Source: Thermodesulfovibrionales bacterium
Lineage (GTDB): Bacteria > Nitrospirota > Thermodesulfovibrionia > Thermodesulfovibrionales > SM23-35
Direction of reading: 5' to 3'
Length of the DNA stretch: 44,534 nucleotides
NCBI GenBank assembly: GCA_020062205.1
Contig: JAGUWT010000248.1
Location: forward strand, 1-44,534
Shown here: positions 44,396 through 44,534 of the stretch, one piece after another
Layout of the letters: each line of letters begins with the position of its first letter
Position numbering within the stretch: position 1 is the stretch's first letter
Notes under the pieces: generated by a model
The model's database searches: none
The model's input: only the letters and a program-made list of their open reading frames with translations
Told to the model about the DNA's origin: nothing
Made by a program: the position numbers and the translations under genes

Positions 44396-44534
44396 AGCAT
44401 CTCCTTATTGTATTGAAAACCTTTATATGGAAAACCATCCTCAAAGAATTTTGAGGTTAGACTTTTCAAAGTGATATTTTACAGTTTTCCCCTCATTTGA
44501 CATTGCCTGTCTTTCCAAAGCTCTTACAGTACCA

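Noticed and set aside
44396-44534. Possible 3' end of another minus-strand gene at the right edge (..GTVRALERQAMSNEGKTVKYHFEKSNLKIL*).
   Set aside because: Only ~30 codons are visible and no motif is present. It cannot be told apart from a chance open frame.
1-44534. Search by eye for tRNA, rRNA, cas genes, integrase/att sites, and a JUMPStart/ops (GGCGGTAG) element on the transcribed strand.
   Set aside because: I recognised none. The closest ops-like string (ctaccgca, ~1086) does not match. Absence by eye is weak evidence; tRNAscan/Infernal would be decisive.

Overview
The window is a single ~44.5-kb cell-surface glycan biosynthesis super-locus, almost entirely on the minus strand, from a low-GC bacterium whose taxon cannot be assigned from sequence alone. 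I saw no rRNA, tRNA or CRISPR. In transcription order (right to left) it contains: (1) a pseudaminic-acid-type nonulosonic acid module (pseB, pseC, NeuB-family synthase, SpsF/PseF-type cytidylyltransferase, PseG-like hydrolase) expanded with a class-III aminotransferase, aldo/keto reductase, ATP-grasp ligase, IolB/KduI-like cupin, two SDRs and two methyltransferases; (2) a GH57-like protein; (3) 5' gene stubs (Wzx-like, radical-SAM-like); (4) a visibly GC-richer block with the Wzm/Wzt ABC exporter and a 3-C-methyl-6-deoxyhexose gene set; (5) an IS scar (frameshifted ISL3, IS3 orfA stub, dead GT4); (6) four GT2s, a Wzy/WaaL-like protein, a sulfotransferase and a DUF218 protein; (7) three paralogous monotopic phosphoglycosyl transferases, one killed by an 8-bp tandem duplication and one fused to a CapD-like N-terminus; (8) a stand-alone ThDP E1 alpha/beta pair beside a DegT aminotransferase. 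Three things are most unusual. Two solitary four-helix-bundle (rRNA-IVS/Avd family) ORFs are each tightly bracketed by inverted, 7-nt-periodic repeat arrays inside operon spacers. Heptamer arrays of the same style are embedded in frame inside pseC. Toxin-antitoxin cassettes (HicBA, a VapBC stub, a decayed DUF433/DUF5615 pair) sit exactly at junctions marked by duplicated gene ends. Coordinates I derived by hand rather than from the ORF track may be off by 1-2 nt. GC statements are by-eye estimates.
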